From Campylobacteraceae bacterium (GTDB lineage Bacteria; Campylobacterota; Campylobacteria; Campylobacterales; Sulfurovaceae), in assembly GCA_027030605.1 (NCBI GenBank), contig JALVEV010000091.1, positions 1 to 33,928 on the forward strand: 33,928 bases of DNA, read 5' to 3'. Position 1 is the stretch's first letter, and every line of letters starts with the position of its first letter. Positions 9,974 to 19,408 of the stretch are shown in pieces. The notes under the pieces were generated by a model that saw only the letters and a program-made list of their open reading frames with translations, was not told the origin of the DNA and did not search any database. Position numbers and translations under genes: made by a program.

Positions 9974-11527
9974 CTAAAGACCTGGGGCTTTCCACATACT
10001 TTGGGTCAACCCCTTGTCAACCAGTGTCAACTGACTTTTATAAACCTCTTGCCACTTTTTTTGTAACTCTTGATAGATAACATAGTTATCATGATTTGGA
10101 GTATACTCTCTCTCCCACTGCACCAACTTTTTTGCAGCCGTAGAGATAGAGTCATAAATTCCTACACCAACCCCTGCTGCCATAACACCCCCTAGAGCTG
10201 TTGCTTCGGTTACCTTTGGAATCTTGACTCTACACCCTGTTACATCAGCTAAAATTTGACACCAAAGTTCTCCTTTACTCGCTCCACCTGCAAAGACAAT
10301 TTCATTGACTTTAACACCTGTAAACTCTTGAATCTTTTTCAAATTAATATCGGAGACCATACAAGCATTCTCTTCTAATGCTCTAAACATTGATGCTTTA
10401 TTGCAGATAGTTGGGTCAATAGAGAGATTAATAAAACTTGGACTTGCATGATACCATTTTCCATAATTCATCACATCAGAAAAAATAGGCATAATTCCAT
10501 AGGAGCCAACAGGAACCTTTTTTGCTCTCTCTTCTAAAACTTTATAGGTATCTACTCCTCTTTTTTGAGCTTCAAGTTTTTCTAGGTCACAAAAGGCATC
10601 TCTAAACCAACGCATGATTAAGCCAGAGAAGAATGTAATACCTTCAGCTTGTGAAAGCCCATCAATCACATGAGGATTAATACGCATAGAGATATCTTTA
10701 GGTGGTTGAGTATGGGAGTTAATATTGACTACCTGTTGCCAAAAAGAGCCACCCAAAATAGCAACTTGACCAAACTCTGTTACTCCTAAACCTGCACTAC
10801 CCAACTGAACATCACCTCCACCCATAACCACTTTAGTAGTGCTAGAGAGTCCAGACTCTTCATTAATAACATTACCTATAACTCTACCTGTCTCATAGAC
10901 AGGAGGAAAAATATTATCTTTTAAACCAACCCCTTTTGCCATCTCTTTAACCCATTGACGCTCTTTAAGAGAAAAAATCCCTGTTGTTCCCCCATTGCTA
11001 GGGTCGGTAGCAATAACCCCTGAGAGTTTTGCTAATATCCAGTCACCAATCATTGAGATAGAAGCTACCTGCTCATAGAGTTCAGGCTCATGGTTTTTAA
11101 GCCACAACAGACGAGGTAACGCACCCAAAGCAAAGGTCTGTCCAGAGAGTGCATAAAACTCCTCTTCAACCCCTTCAAAATGCTCTTTAAGGTACTTTAC
11201 TTCATCTGAAGCACGAGCATCAACATTGGCAACAGCCCACAGCTCTTTACCCTCATTGTCATAGAGAACAATCCCCTCACGCATAGAGGTAGCACTTACT
11301 GCAACAATATGTTCAGGCATCAATCCTGCTAATGCTAAAGACTCTTTAATACACTCTTTGGTTAGTTCCCAATTTTTCTGCGTATCAAAACTCATGGAGT
11401 TAGGAACACCCTCAAGCTCTAAATGTGTCCACTCTCGACTCGCTACCGAGAGTTGGTGTCCCTCATCATCAAAAATTACAGCACGAACTGAACCTGTTCC
11501 TGCGTCTATTGCCATTAGGTATTGCAT
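9974..11527 (-). CDS. lsrK: Autoinducer-2 (DPD) kinase, FGGY family
   Basis: YLMAIDAGTGSVRAVIFD, ATSMREGIVLY, ANVDARA, LGGSFWQQ, FAGGASKG and C-terminus SMWKAPGL, as I recall from enterobacterial LsrK. Confidence 0.88.
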   Translation of the reverse strand: MQYLMAIDAGTGSVRAVIFDDEGHQLSVASREWTHLELEGVPNSMSFDTQKNWELTKECIKESLALAGLMPEHIVAVSATSMREGIVLYDNEGKELWAVANVDARASDEVKYLKEHFEGVEEEFYALSGQTFALGALPRLLWLKNHEPELYEQVASISMIGDWILAKLSGVIATDPSNGGTTGIFSLKERQWVKEMAKGVGLKDNIFPPVYETGRVIGNVINEESGLSSTTKVVMGGGDVQLGSAGLGVTEFGQVAILGGSFWQQVVNINSHTQPPKDISMRINPHVIDGLSQAEGITFFSGLIMRWFRDAFCDLEKLEAQKRGVDTYKVLEERAKKVPVGSYGIMPIFSDVMNYGKWYHASPSFINLSIDPTICNKASMFRALEENACMVSDINLKKIQEFTGVKVNEIVFAGGASKGELWCQILADVTGCRVKIPKVTEATALGGVMAAGVGVGIYDSISTAAKKLVQWEREYTPNHDNYVIYQELQKKWQEVYKSQLTLVDKGLTQSMWKAPGL

Positions 11528-11547
11528 TTTATTTTCCTATTTTTATT

Positions 11548-11707
11548 GGGCAGACACGGAGGTCGCCCCTACTTAACTCTTAACTCTTAACTCTTAACTC
11601 TTAATTCTTAATTCTAAAAGGTAGACACGGAGGTCGCCCCTACTTAACTCTTAACTCTTAACTCTTAATTCTTAATTCTAAAAGGTAGACACGGAGGTCG
11701 CCCCTAC
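11548..11707. repeat. Three direct copies of a 25-bp GTAG-type REP-like palindrome separated by heptamer microsatellite tracts
   Basis: (G/A)GG(C/T)AGACACGGAGGTCGCCCCTAC at 11548-11572, 11619-11643, 11683-11707; spacers (TTAACTC)4(TTAATTC)2TAAA and (TTAACTC)3(TTAATTC)2TAAA. Confidence 0.9.
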
Positions 11708-11710
11708 ATT

Positions 11711-12889
11711 TTATTTATTCCGTAATTTCGCCTGTTCCAACTCCCAATACTCCATAGCAAAACTATCTTCTAATGAAATCGACTCATATCCCCCAAGCCT
11801 ATCGGCTCTCATTACAGCTAACATCGTATGTTCAACAATATCATTAATAATATTTGCCTCTTTCTCATCTCTTCCAATAGAGATAACCCCAAACCTATGA
11901 ACTACAGCATAGTTAGGAGCAGGGTTAAGCATAATCATATCAGGTTTTGCAAAAGTTTCAAAATAGTCTCTATACCCCTCTACAAACTCCTCTAGTGGTT
12001 CATCAATATTATTATCATCAATAATAAGTGGTTGATGTTTAGTACGAATAATATGTTCAGGAGTTAAGACACCACGAGTAGCAAACTCTTCTAAATGAGG
12101 ATTGGAAGCGTAGTTCAGAGCCAGTTGTGTTTGGTTTAACTTTAAAACCACCTCATGCCCCTTAATCGCTTCTATTTTATGCTTAAAATTCTGCATATCA
12201 AAACCCGTAGGTTCGATTTCATCGAACGTCACCTCAGCATTCTCTTTTAAAAAGTTCTCAGCAACAGTTACCGCCTCAATCATCTTACTATAGGATTTTT
12301 TAGCATCATTATCAAAAGTAAAGATTCCATGATTGAGCAAGATAATCCCCTCACAAGCATCCCAATCAAATTCACGTGTCATCTTATATATCTCATGAGC
12401 CAAAATAAACCCTGGCATAATATAAGGCACAATCAAAAAGTTAGGGTAGAGCCTCTCAATATGCTCTCGACCATTAATAGAGTTAGAGATAGTCACCACA
12501 GCATCAGCATGGGTATGGTCAACCACTTTAAACGGAATTAGTGCATGTAAAATTGCTTCAACAGAGGGATTTGGTGCAGAGCTATCAATCATTGCCTCTT
12601 TTTGCCCTCTAACCATCTCTGTATCGCTTAGCTCTTCAAGCTTTGCCATCTCTAAAAGCGTTGACATCTTTACAGGAGAAAACCCCTCAGCCTTTATACT
12701 CACTAAATCCCAACCTGAGCCTTTAACATAGAGTATCTCTTCACCATCAACTTCACTTTTAACAGAGGTATTTCCACCACCATGAAGCACCAACTCATCA
12801 CTGCGTCCAAGCAGATTTGAGGAGTAGACACGCAGTTCTAAATCACTCTTATAGTTACTCGCCTCTTTATCGTTCCATAGATTCTCCAT
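11711..12889 (-). CDS. Class II aldolase/adducin family protein (like the aldolase half of RhaD-type aldolase/SDR fusions, without the SDR)
   Basis: LVLHGGGNTSVK, YVKGSGWDL, PSVEAILH, DHTHAD, LLNHG, LTPEHIIRTK, MEYWELEQAKL. Confidence 0.85.
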   Translation of the reverse strand: MENLWNDKEASNYKSDLELRVYSSNLLGRSDELVLHGGGNTSVKSEVDGEEILYVKGSGWDLVSIKAEGFSPVKMSTLLEMAKLEELSDTEMVRGQKEAMIDSSAPNPSVEAILHALIPFKVVDHTHADAVVTISNSINGREHIERLYPNFLIVPYIMPGFILAHEIYKMTREFDWDACEGIILLNHGIFTFDNDAKKSYSKMIEAVTVAENFLKENAEVTFDEIEPTGFDMQNFKHKIEAIKGHEVVLKLNQTQLALNYASNPHLEEFATRGVLTPEHIIRTKHQPLIIDDNNIDEPLEEFVEGYRDYFETFAKPDMIMLNPAPNYAVVHRFGVISIGRDEKEANIINDIVEHTMLAVMRADRLGGYESISLEDSFAMEYWELEQAKLRNK

Positions 12890-13183
12890 TTACCCTAATA
12901 CCTCTAACTCATTGGTATATTTATGCTCACAATAAGGCTCATAGCTCGACTTGTAAATTGCATAGTGTTCAGTTGACTTATGTCCCTCTAAAGCCTCTTC
13001 GCTCTCCCAAGACTCATACGCCATAAACTTTCTAGGGTTATCTTTATATTGAAAAATCTCATAGAAAATCACCCCTTTTTCTGCCTTGCTTGGCTCTACC
13101 ATTGCTGTTAATAGCTCTTTCATCTTTGCGATACTTGTCTCATCATCTTTTGCTATAAAGGTTACACGTTTTGTTATTGTCAT
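12890..13183 (-). CDS. ABM (antibiotic biosynthesis monooxygenase) domain protein, LsrG-like
   Basis: PSKAEKGVIFYEIFQ...FMAYESWESEEALEGHKSTEHY; start placed at ATG 13183 after GGAG. Confidence 0.8.
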   Translation of the reverse strand: MTITKRVTFIAKDDETSIAKMKELLTAMVEPSKAEKGVIFYEIFQYKDNPRKFMAYESWESEEALEGHKSTEHYAIYKSSYEPYCEHKYTNELEVLG

Positions 13184-13243
13184 CTGTTTGTCTCCATTCA
13201 ATATTATTTAAATGGATTATAGCAAATAAAATAAAAATATTAC

Positions 13244-14701
13244 CTAGAGACCTTGTGCTTGAAGAGCTTTTAAGAGCATAATCATACTAGATTTATCTTG
13301 CCCATTAATTATTAATTTATTGGGTTCATAGGTAGCATTAAACCCATAACTACTGTTATTGTCTTGTAACATACCTGTCATTATTGCCATAGCAAGTTGA
13401 CTCTGTACATCTTGTGGGAGTCTATTGACTAAGGCTTTATCTAGTTCAATATTAACATTGAGTTTAATCCAGTTTAGAAGCTCTTGTTGAACTTTCACTG
13501 TTAACTCCTCTATAGTTTTTGGTAGTTGTTCATCACCAATATATTTTACATCAAATGAACCTACACCTTGACCATCATTAATATTAGCGTTTAGGTCAAA
13601 TGTTGTTTTGTCTTTAACTAAAAAGTCTGAAAGAAGTAGAAGCATTTTATTTTCAAACTTGTGTTGTATCTTCATTAACTCTATAAGAGCGTTTTGTCTC
13701 TCCTTTTCATCTTTTGTTGATGATAATTTCTCAATTATTGTTTTCTGTCTTTTTTGAACCTCTTTTACAGTATCTTGAAATGCTAACCAAGCCCCCATTT
13801 TAGTTCCGTTAAGTCCATAGTTTATTGTCATGGTTTTAATAAAGTTCAATTCAGATGGTAGTTTTGTATCTCCTACATTGAAGTCGATTCCAAAGTTAGT
13901 ATCTACCAACTCACTACCACTCTCTTTTATGTGCATAACTGCTTTTACTTTAGCATTTTTAATCTCTTGTGACTCATTTGGATTGTGAAGAGTAAGCTTC
14001 TCTACACCCATAGTAAAGTCTCCTAAATAGAAACCATTGTCAAAAAACTTTGTAATGTTAGCATTTAAAGTTACATTTTCAAGTTTTATCTCTCCCTTCT
14101 CTCCCATTTCACCATAAATACCTTTTGTAAGCATATTCATAGTTCCTGCTAGAGTCTCTCCATCTATTTTGCCATCAATTTTTAAGGGTTCAATAGTAAT
14201 TTTTGTTTGGTTCTCCTCGGCAATAATCTGATTACTTTTAGCTCTGTAATCTATAGTGTTTTGAAAATCAATAAGCATTGTGGTATCAAAAACAATATCA
14301 TCTTTAACTACTTTTTTAAACTCCTCTTTATCAACCAAAAGGTCACTAATCTTTATCTTTGAGTTTATACGACTTGCCCCCACTGAGAGACCATCTTTTA
14401 AGAGTAGAGGACCATTTTCAATCTCATACTCCATAACAATAGGGAGTTTTAAAATCTTTTCTAACTCTTTTTTCATCTCAGAGTTAACAAAGTCTAAAGA
14501 GACTTTTGCATGGGAGGTCATGAAACCTTTCTCAAAAGAGAGTAGTGATATTTTCATTCCGTTATTGGCATAGATTTTATTGGTTTTTTCTACATAGTTG
14601 TTAAGGTACTGTTCCGTATTTTCGCTAACATAGGTAGTAGTTCCTACCCAGAGAGCAGAAGCAACAGCTACAGAAGCTAATATTTTTTTCTTTATAGACA
14701 T
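13244..14701 (-). CDS. DUF945/YdgA-like exported protein
   Basis: N-terminal anchor ALWVGTTTYVS, FEKGFMTSHA, EIENGPL, C-terminal LIINGQ. Confidence 0.7.
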   Translation of the reverse strand: MSIKKKILASVAVASALWVGTTTYVSENTEQYLNNYVEKTNKIYANNGMKISLLSFEKGFMTSHAKVSLDFVNSEMKKELEKILKLPIVMEYEIENGPLLLKDGLSVGASRINSKIKISDLLVDKEEFKKVVKDDIVFDTTMLIDFQNTIDYRAKSNQIIAEENQTKITIEPLKIDGKIDGETLAGTMNMLTKGIYGEMGEKGEIKLENVTLNANITKFFDNGFYLGDFTMGVEKLTLHNPNESQEIKNAKVKAVMHIKESGSELVDTNFGIDFNVGDTKLPSELNFIKTMTINYGLNGTKMGAWLAFQDTVKEVQKRQKTIIEKLSSTKDEKERQNALIELMKIQHKFENKMLLLLSDFLVKDKTTFDLNANINDGQGVGSFDVKYIGDEQLPKTIEELTVKVQQELLNWIKLNVNIELDKALVNRLPQDVQSQLAMAIMTGMLQDNNSSYGFNATYEPNKLIINGQDKSSMIMLLKALQAQGL

Positions 14702-14822
14702 TTAAATTAATCCTTTAGTGATATTCAAAAAAATTATACTCTTTTAATATGAAGATTAAAGCCTTTAAGAGTGCAATTTAAGATAAAATATCTCTATATC
14801 TTCTATAACCAAAGGATAAGAC

Positions 14823-16388
14823 ATTAAACCTATATCTCAAACTAAACTTATTGTTTTGGTATCGCTATTTTTTATATTTTTTGACAACTACTCTTTCTAT
14901 AAAAATGTTTTTGAAGTCTATCCATTAGAGGGGATGAACATACTCTACCTTATCTCATTGAGTGTTGTTATTGTTGTTTTTAATCTCTTTCTTTTTACAC
15001 TTATCTCTTCCCGATATACCCTTAAGCCTCTACTTATAACGGTACTCATTATCTCTGCTTTTACTAGCTACTTTATGGACACTTATCATGTTATTATAGA
15101 TAAACTTATGATTCAAAATAGCCTACAGACAGACCTAAATGAGTCTTTAGATTTACTCTCTTTTAAACTGCTTCTATATGTTATATTTTTAGGGGTCTTT
15201 CCTGCCTATTTGGTCTACAAAGTCAAGCTTAAACCTCTCTCTTTTAAAGAGACGATGTTCTCTAAAGTTAAAGTACTTTTAGGTTCACTACTCATTATAG
15301 TTTTGTTACTTCTTAGTTTCTCAAAGTTCTATACCTCATTTCTTAGAGAGCATAAACCTCTACGCTACCGTGTAAATCCAACATATTGGATTTACTCTAT
15401 TGGAGATTATATAGCACTTGTAACTAACAGTGGAGAGGTTAAGTTTAAACAGCTTGGTTTGGATGCCAAAATATCACCACCCAATAAGCCTCATAAGTTA
15501 GTAATTATGGTAGTAGGAGAGGCAACAAGAGCTGACCACTTTTCACTAAATGGCTACCAACGAGAGACTAACCCTATGCTTAAAAAAGAGAATATTGTAA
15601 ACTTTAAAAACTTCTACTCTTGTGGAACTTCTACTGCTGTCTCTGTTCCTTGTATGTTCTCTGTTTATGATAGAGGTGACTATAGCTATAAAAAGGGTAG
15701 GGCAGTTGAAAATGTACTTGATGTCATTAACCACACCAAACAAGTAGCCATCTTGTGGAGAGACAACAACTCTGACTCTAAAGGGGTAGCCTTGCGTGTT
15801 CCATTTGAAGATTTTAAATATGGAGACAAAAACAGCATTTGCGATGATGTAGAGTGTCGAGATGAGGGAATGTTAGTAGGTTTAGACAAATACATAGAGC
15901 AACACAAAAACAGAGACATTTTAATAGTCCTACACCAAATGGGAAACCATGGTCCAGCCTACTACAAACGTTACCCAAAAGAGTTTGAGAAGTTTACCCC
16001 TGTCTGCAAAACCAATCAGCTAGAAAATTGTACTAAAGAGAGCATTGCCAACGCCTACGACAATGCCATTTTATATAGCGACTACTTCCTCTCAAAAGTT
16101 ATTGGACTATTAAAAAACTACCAAGATGAGTACGATACTACCATGTTCTACATATCCGACCACGGAGAGAGTTTAGGAGAGAATGGACTCTACCTACATG
16201 GTCTACCATATTTTATGGCACCAGATGCTCAAACTCATGTTGCCTCTTTGATGTGGTTTGGGAAAAATAACCAATATAAAGTAGATGAAGAGAAGAGTTA
16301 TTCACAAGATAATCTTTTTCATACGCTGTTGGGGTTGTTTAATGTCAAGAGTGAGGTTTATGATGAGGGGATGGATATTTTGAGGTAA
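14823..16388 (+). CDS. eptA: Lipid A phosphoethanolamine transferase
   Basis: Five N-terminal TM segments, VVGEATRADH, SCGTSTAVSVPCMFS, HQMGNHGPAYY, YDNAILYSD, SDHGESLGE. Start uncertain: ATT 14823 (has an RBS) or TTG 14856. Confidence 0.92.
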   Translation: MKPISQTKLIVLVSLFFIFFDNYSFYKNVFEVYPLEGMNILYLISLSVVIVVFNLFLFTLISSRYTLKPLLITVLIISAFTSYFMDTYHVIIDKLMIQNSLQTDLNESLDLLSFKLLLYVIFLGVFPAYLVYKVKLKPLSFKETMFSKVKVLLGSLLIIVLLLLSFSKFYTSFLREHKPLRYRVNPTYWIYSIGDYIALVTNSGEVKFKQLGLDAKISPPNKPHKLVIMVVGEATRADHFSLNGYQRETNPMLKKENIVNFKNFYSCGTSTAVSVPCMFSVYDRGDYSYKKGRAVENVLDVINHTKQVAILWRDNNSDSKGVALRVPFEDFKYGDKNSICDDVECRDEGMLVGLDKYIEQHKNRDILIVLHQMGNHGPAYYKRYPKEFEKFTPVCKTNQLENCTKESIANAYDNAILYSDYFLSKVIGLLKNYQDEYDTTMFYISDHGESLGENGLYLHGLPYFMAPDAQTHVASLMWFGKNNQYKVDEEKSYSQDNLFHTLLGLFNVKSEVYDEGMDILR

Positions 16389-16401
16389 AAATATTTATTT
16401 C

Positions 16402-17868
16402 CTAGATTGTTTTCCACATTAAACCAAAAGCCTTAACAGCCTCTTCAATCTCCTCTAGTCTAAACCCACCAAACCCCATACGAACAGCTTGAAACTCTCC
16501 ACCACTTACATCTTTACTTAGATAGATACGTATTCTATGAGTTTCTGCTACATGTTTTAACTTCTCCCAATCAAAAGAGGACGAGGTAGGCACAATAAGT
16601 ATAGCAAGTCCGGCCCCTTGGGCTACTATCTTGCAGGTATCACCCAAACAGTTCTCTATAGCCTCTTTCATAGCTTGGTGCTTCTTTTTGTTGAGAATCC
16701 GTATACGTCGTATGTGTCTGTCCCAATGCCCCTCTTTTATAAATGTAGCAAGAGTAAGTTGCGTAGAGAGACTCACACGAGCAAAATGTGAATCGTAACT
16801 TTGGTTATAGAGCTTCATAAGCCATGAGGGCAAGACCATATACCCCACACGAATAGAGGGTGAAAGAGCTTTAGCAAATGTACCCAAATAGGCAACATTT
16901 TCAGCCTTGTCCAGTCCTTGAAGTGAGGGAATAGGTCGGTTATAATAGGCAAGTTCACTGTCATAATCATCTTCGATAATAAGCCCACCAATAGAGCGAA
17001 TATGTGCAATAAGTTTAAGCCGATTGGCAATTGGCATGGCAACCCCTGTTGGGTATTGGTGCGTGGGGGTAATGTAGACAATTTGGGCTTGACTCTTTTT
17101 TAGCTCCTCTATGCAAATTCCTTGTTCATCTACTTTTATGGGACTTATCTTATACTCATACGATTTAAAAACCTTATGGGCAATATGATAACCCGGTATC
17201 TCTTGTGCAAAGTGACCATAACGAGCCTTTGCAAGTTTAGCTATGAGTTCAATTGAGTCTATAAACCCATGAGTAATGATGATGTTCTCCACATTACACA
17301 TGACACCACGAGAGTTTTTAAGATATTTAGCGATGGCTTCACGTAAGACTAACTCTCCTTGCCCTTTTGGGTAAGCTCCAAAGTCAACCTCTTGTGTAAT
17401 GACTCTGTTATAAAGTCGCTTCCATGTCTTGAGTGGAAAGTCCTCTTTGTGTAGTTGTGCAGGGAAGAAGTCATATTTGTAGCTTTTGGGTGTTGGGCTG
17501 TCACTAGAGTTGTTACAAAACTTTTTGGAATCGGAGACTTTAGTCCCGAATAAGGCGAGGCTAAAGCCATCGGTTCCTAGCTTTTCAGGTTGTTTATTAC
17601 TTTTGTTTAAACTCTCTGTACGAAAGCTATCAAAAAAGAGTTCACTCACATAATATCCACTCTTAACTCGACTCTCCACATACCCCTCAGCATAGAGTTG
17701 CGAGTAGGCAGACTCTACGGTATTTTTACTTAGGTTATAAATCGTGGCTACCTTACGAATAGAGGGGAGCTTATCACCCACTTTGTAGTTTTGAATGATG
17801 TCCTCTTTTATGGCTTGGTAGAGCTGTATATGTAATGGGATTTTGCTTTTTGCATCTAAGATATACAC
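16402..17868 (-). CDS. MocR/PdxR-family GntR regulator (wHTH + PLP aminotransferase-like domain)
   Basis: KLPSIRKVA...SKNTVESAYSQLYAEGY, YITPTHQYPTG, IIEDDYDSE, GTFAKALSPSIRVGY. Confidence 0.93.
   Translation of the reverse strand: MYILDAKSKIPLHIQLYQAIKEDIIQNYKVGDKLPSIRKVATIYNLSKNTVESAYSQLYAEGYVESRVKSGYYVSELFFDSFRTESLNKSNKQPEKLGTDGFSLALFGTKVSDSKKFCNNSSDSPTPKSYKYDFFPAQLHKEDFPLKTWKRLYNRVITQEVDFGAYPKGQGELVLREAIAKYLKNSRGVMCNVENIIITHGFIDSIELIAKLAKARYGHFAQEIPGYHIAHKVFKSYEYKISPIKVDEQGICIEELKKSQAQIVYITPTHQYPTGVAMPIANRLKLIAHIRSIGGLIIEDDYDSELAYYNRPIPSLQGLDKAENVAYLGTFAKALSPSIRVGYMVLPSWLMKLYNQSYDSHFARVSLSTQLTLATFIKEGHWDRHIRRIRILNKKKHQAMKEAIENCLGDTCKIVAQGAGLAILIVPTSSSFDWEKLKHVAETHRIRIYLSKDVSGGEFQAVRMGFGGFRLEEIEEAVKAFGLMWKTI
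17527..17577. repeat. Inverted doublet of 22-bp GGAA-type REP-like elements inside the MocR gene
   Basis: GGAATCGGAGACTTTAGTCCCG (17527-17548), 7-nt spacer, and reverse copy GGAACCGATGGCTTTAGCCTCG (17577-17556); relatives at 24878-24934. Confidence 0.75.
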
Positions 17869-17940
17869 TATCTGTCCTTAACTATTTTAAAATTTTTGTA
17901 TTTTTATAGAGGGTTAGATTTGGTGTATGATAGCGTAAAT
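17868..17940 (+). repeat. 73-bp direct repeat, copy 1 (divergent promoter region of the MocR gene)
   Basis: 65/73 identical, no gaps, to 20177-20249 by manual alignment; contains TATGAT -10. Confidence 0.9.
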
Positions 17941-18130
17941 GATTTGAAATTGGAACTTATTTCTACCATCTTGGTAGGAACGCATGGGATTAGAAGAGAG
18001 AATAAAAACTACTTAAACTTATATTTTTGTGAAAAAATCACAAAATTAACTCATATATTATATAACTTGAATTATAATATCGATATATAGATAATATAAA
18101 AAAATAATTCAAAACAAAAAGAGAAAAAAG

Positions 18131-19408
18131 ATGTTAGTTAATTTTAGAGTAGAAAATTTTAAATCATTTAAAGATATGACTGAGTTTTCTATGGAAGCTA
18201 CTAAATTAAAAAATCTAAAAGATTCTAATACTTTTGATGTAAATAATATTTCGTTGCTTAAATCGGCAGTTGTTTATGGGGCTAATGCTAGTGGTAAGAG
18301 TAGCTTATTGGATGCAATGGCAACAATGAAAGAAATTATTGAAGATTCTATTAGTATTGAAAAAACTGATAATTTTCAAGCTCAACCGTTTTTACTAAAT
18401 AGTGAAACTGCAAATAAAGAGACTCTATTTGAAATTGAATTTATTATAGAAGATATCATTTACCGTTATGGTTTTGAAATTGCTACTAATTCAGATATTT
18501 TAAAAGAGTGGTTATATCAAAAAAAGTTACAACCAAAAGCAAGAGAACGACAACTTTTTAAAAGAGAAAAACAGCAACTTATTGGTGTTTTATTTAAAGA
18601 GGGACAACGACTTATTGATAAAACAAGAGAAAATGCTCTCTTTTTGTCTGTAGTTGCTCAATTCAATGGAGATATATCAGAAAAAATTCTTAGTTGGTTT
18701 AAACAATTTAACTATATTTCTAATACACGAAGTGATGAATTTAAACATTATAGTTTTAATAAATTAGAAGATAGTGAGTTTAAAGAAAAAATAGTAACTT
18801 TAATTAAAAATGCAGATGTTGGAATTTCTGATATATCTAAAAAAAAGATTTCATATGAAGAGCTAAAAAAAGATAATCCAAACCTTGACGAATTACCAAA
18901 ATTTTTAATAGAAGAGATGAAAAGTAAAGGTTTGTCAAGCATAGAAACTTCCCATATTCAATATAAAGAAGAGAATATTTTTAATAAATTTATACCTTTT
19001 TCATTAAAAATGGAGTCTGATGGTACTCAAAAACTATTAGCACTCTCTGCTCCTATTATTGAAACACTTATTAATGGAGAAATTTTAATGGTTGATGAAC
19101 TAGATAATAGTTTACATACGGAACTGGTTCAAGGGCTTGTTCATCTTTTTAATTCAAAAGAGACAAATCCAAATCATGCCCAATTAATATTTACCACTCA
19201 TGATACAAACTTATTAAATCAAGAACTTTTCAGACGAGACCAAATCTGGTTTACCGAAAAAGACATTTATGGAGCAAGTGAACTTTATTCCTTGGTGGAG
19301 TATGGAAAAGGCAGAACACGGGATGATTTAGTATTAGAAAAAAATTATCTTAACGGTAAGTTTGGTGCTGTTCCACATATCTCTTCTTTAGATTATAAGG
19401 TTCAATAA
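18131..19408 (+). CDS. AAA_21-type ABC ATPase (RloA/AbiLi-like), putative anti-phage component
   Basis: FRVENFKSF, YGANASGKS, ESDGTQKL, VDELDNSLH, QLIFTTHD, RRDQIWFTEK, YLNGKFGAVP. Confidence 0.88.
   Translation: MLVNFRVENFKSFKDMTEFSMEATKLKNLKDSNTFDVNNISLLKSAVVYGANASGKSSLLDAMATMKEIIEDSISIEKTDNFQAQPFLLNSETANKETLFEIEFIIEDIIYRYGFEIATNSDILKEWLYQKKLQPKARERQLFKREKQQLIGVLFKEGQRLIDKTRENALFLSVVAQFNGDISEKILSWFKQFNYISNTRSDEFKHYSFNKLEDSEFKEKIVTLIKNADVGISDISKKKISYEELKKDNPNLDELPKFLIEEMKSKGLSSIETSHIQYKEENIFNKFIPFSLKMESDGTQKLLALSAPIIETLINGEILMVDELDNSLHTELVQGLVHLFNSKETNPNHAQLIFTTHDTNLLNQELFRRDQIWFTEKDIYGASELYSLVEYGKGRTRDDLVLEKNYLNGKFGAVPHISSLDYKVQ

Noticed and set aside
11548-11707. CRISPR array
   Set aside because: Spacers are near-identical heptamer tracts rather than unique sequences, and no cas genes are in the window.
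14755-14783. PmrA-box-like TTAA(G) repeats upstream of eptA
   Set aside because: Spacing is irregular and such words are common at this AT content.
17961-17985. Hairpin TTCTACCA-TCT-TGGTAGGAA next to the repeat, as a possible att site or degenerate REP
   Set aside because: Single imperfect copy with no counterpart at the other cassette end.
17896-18090. 64-aa ORF upstream of the ATPase
   Set aside because: TTG start without RBS, runs through the duplicated promoter and AT-rich intergenic DNA, no recognisable motif.
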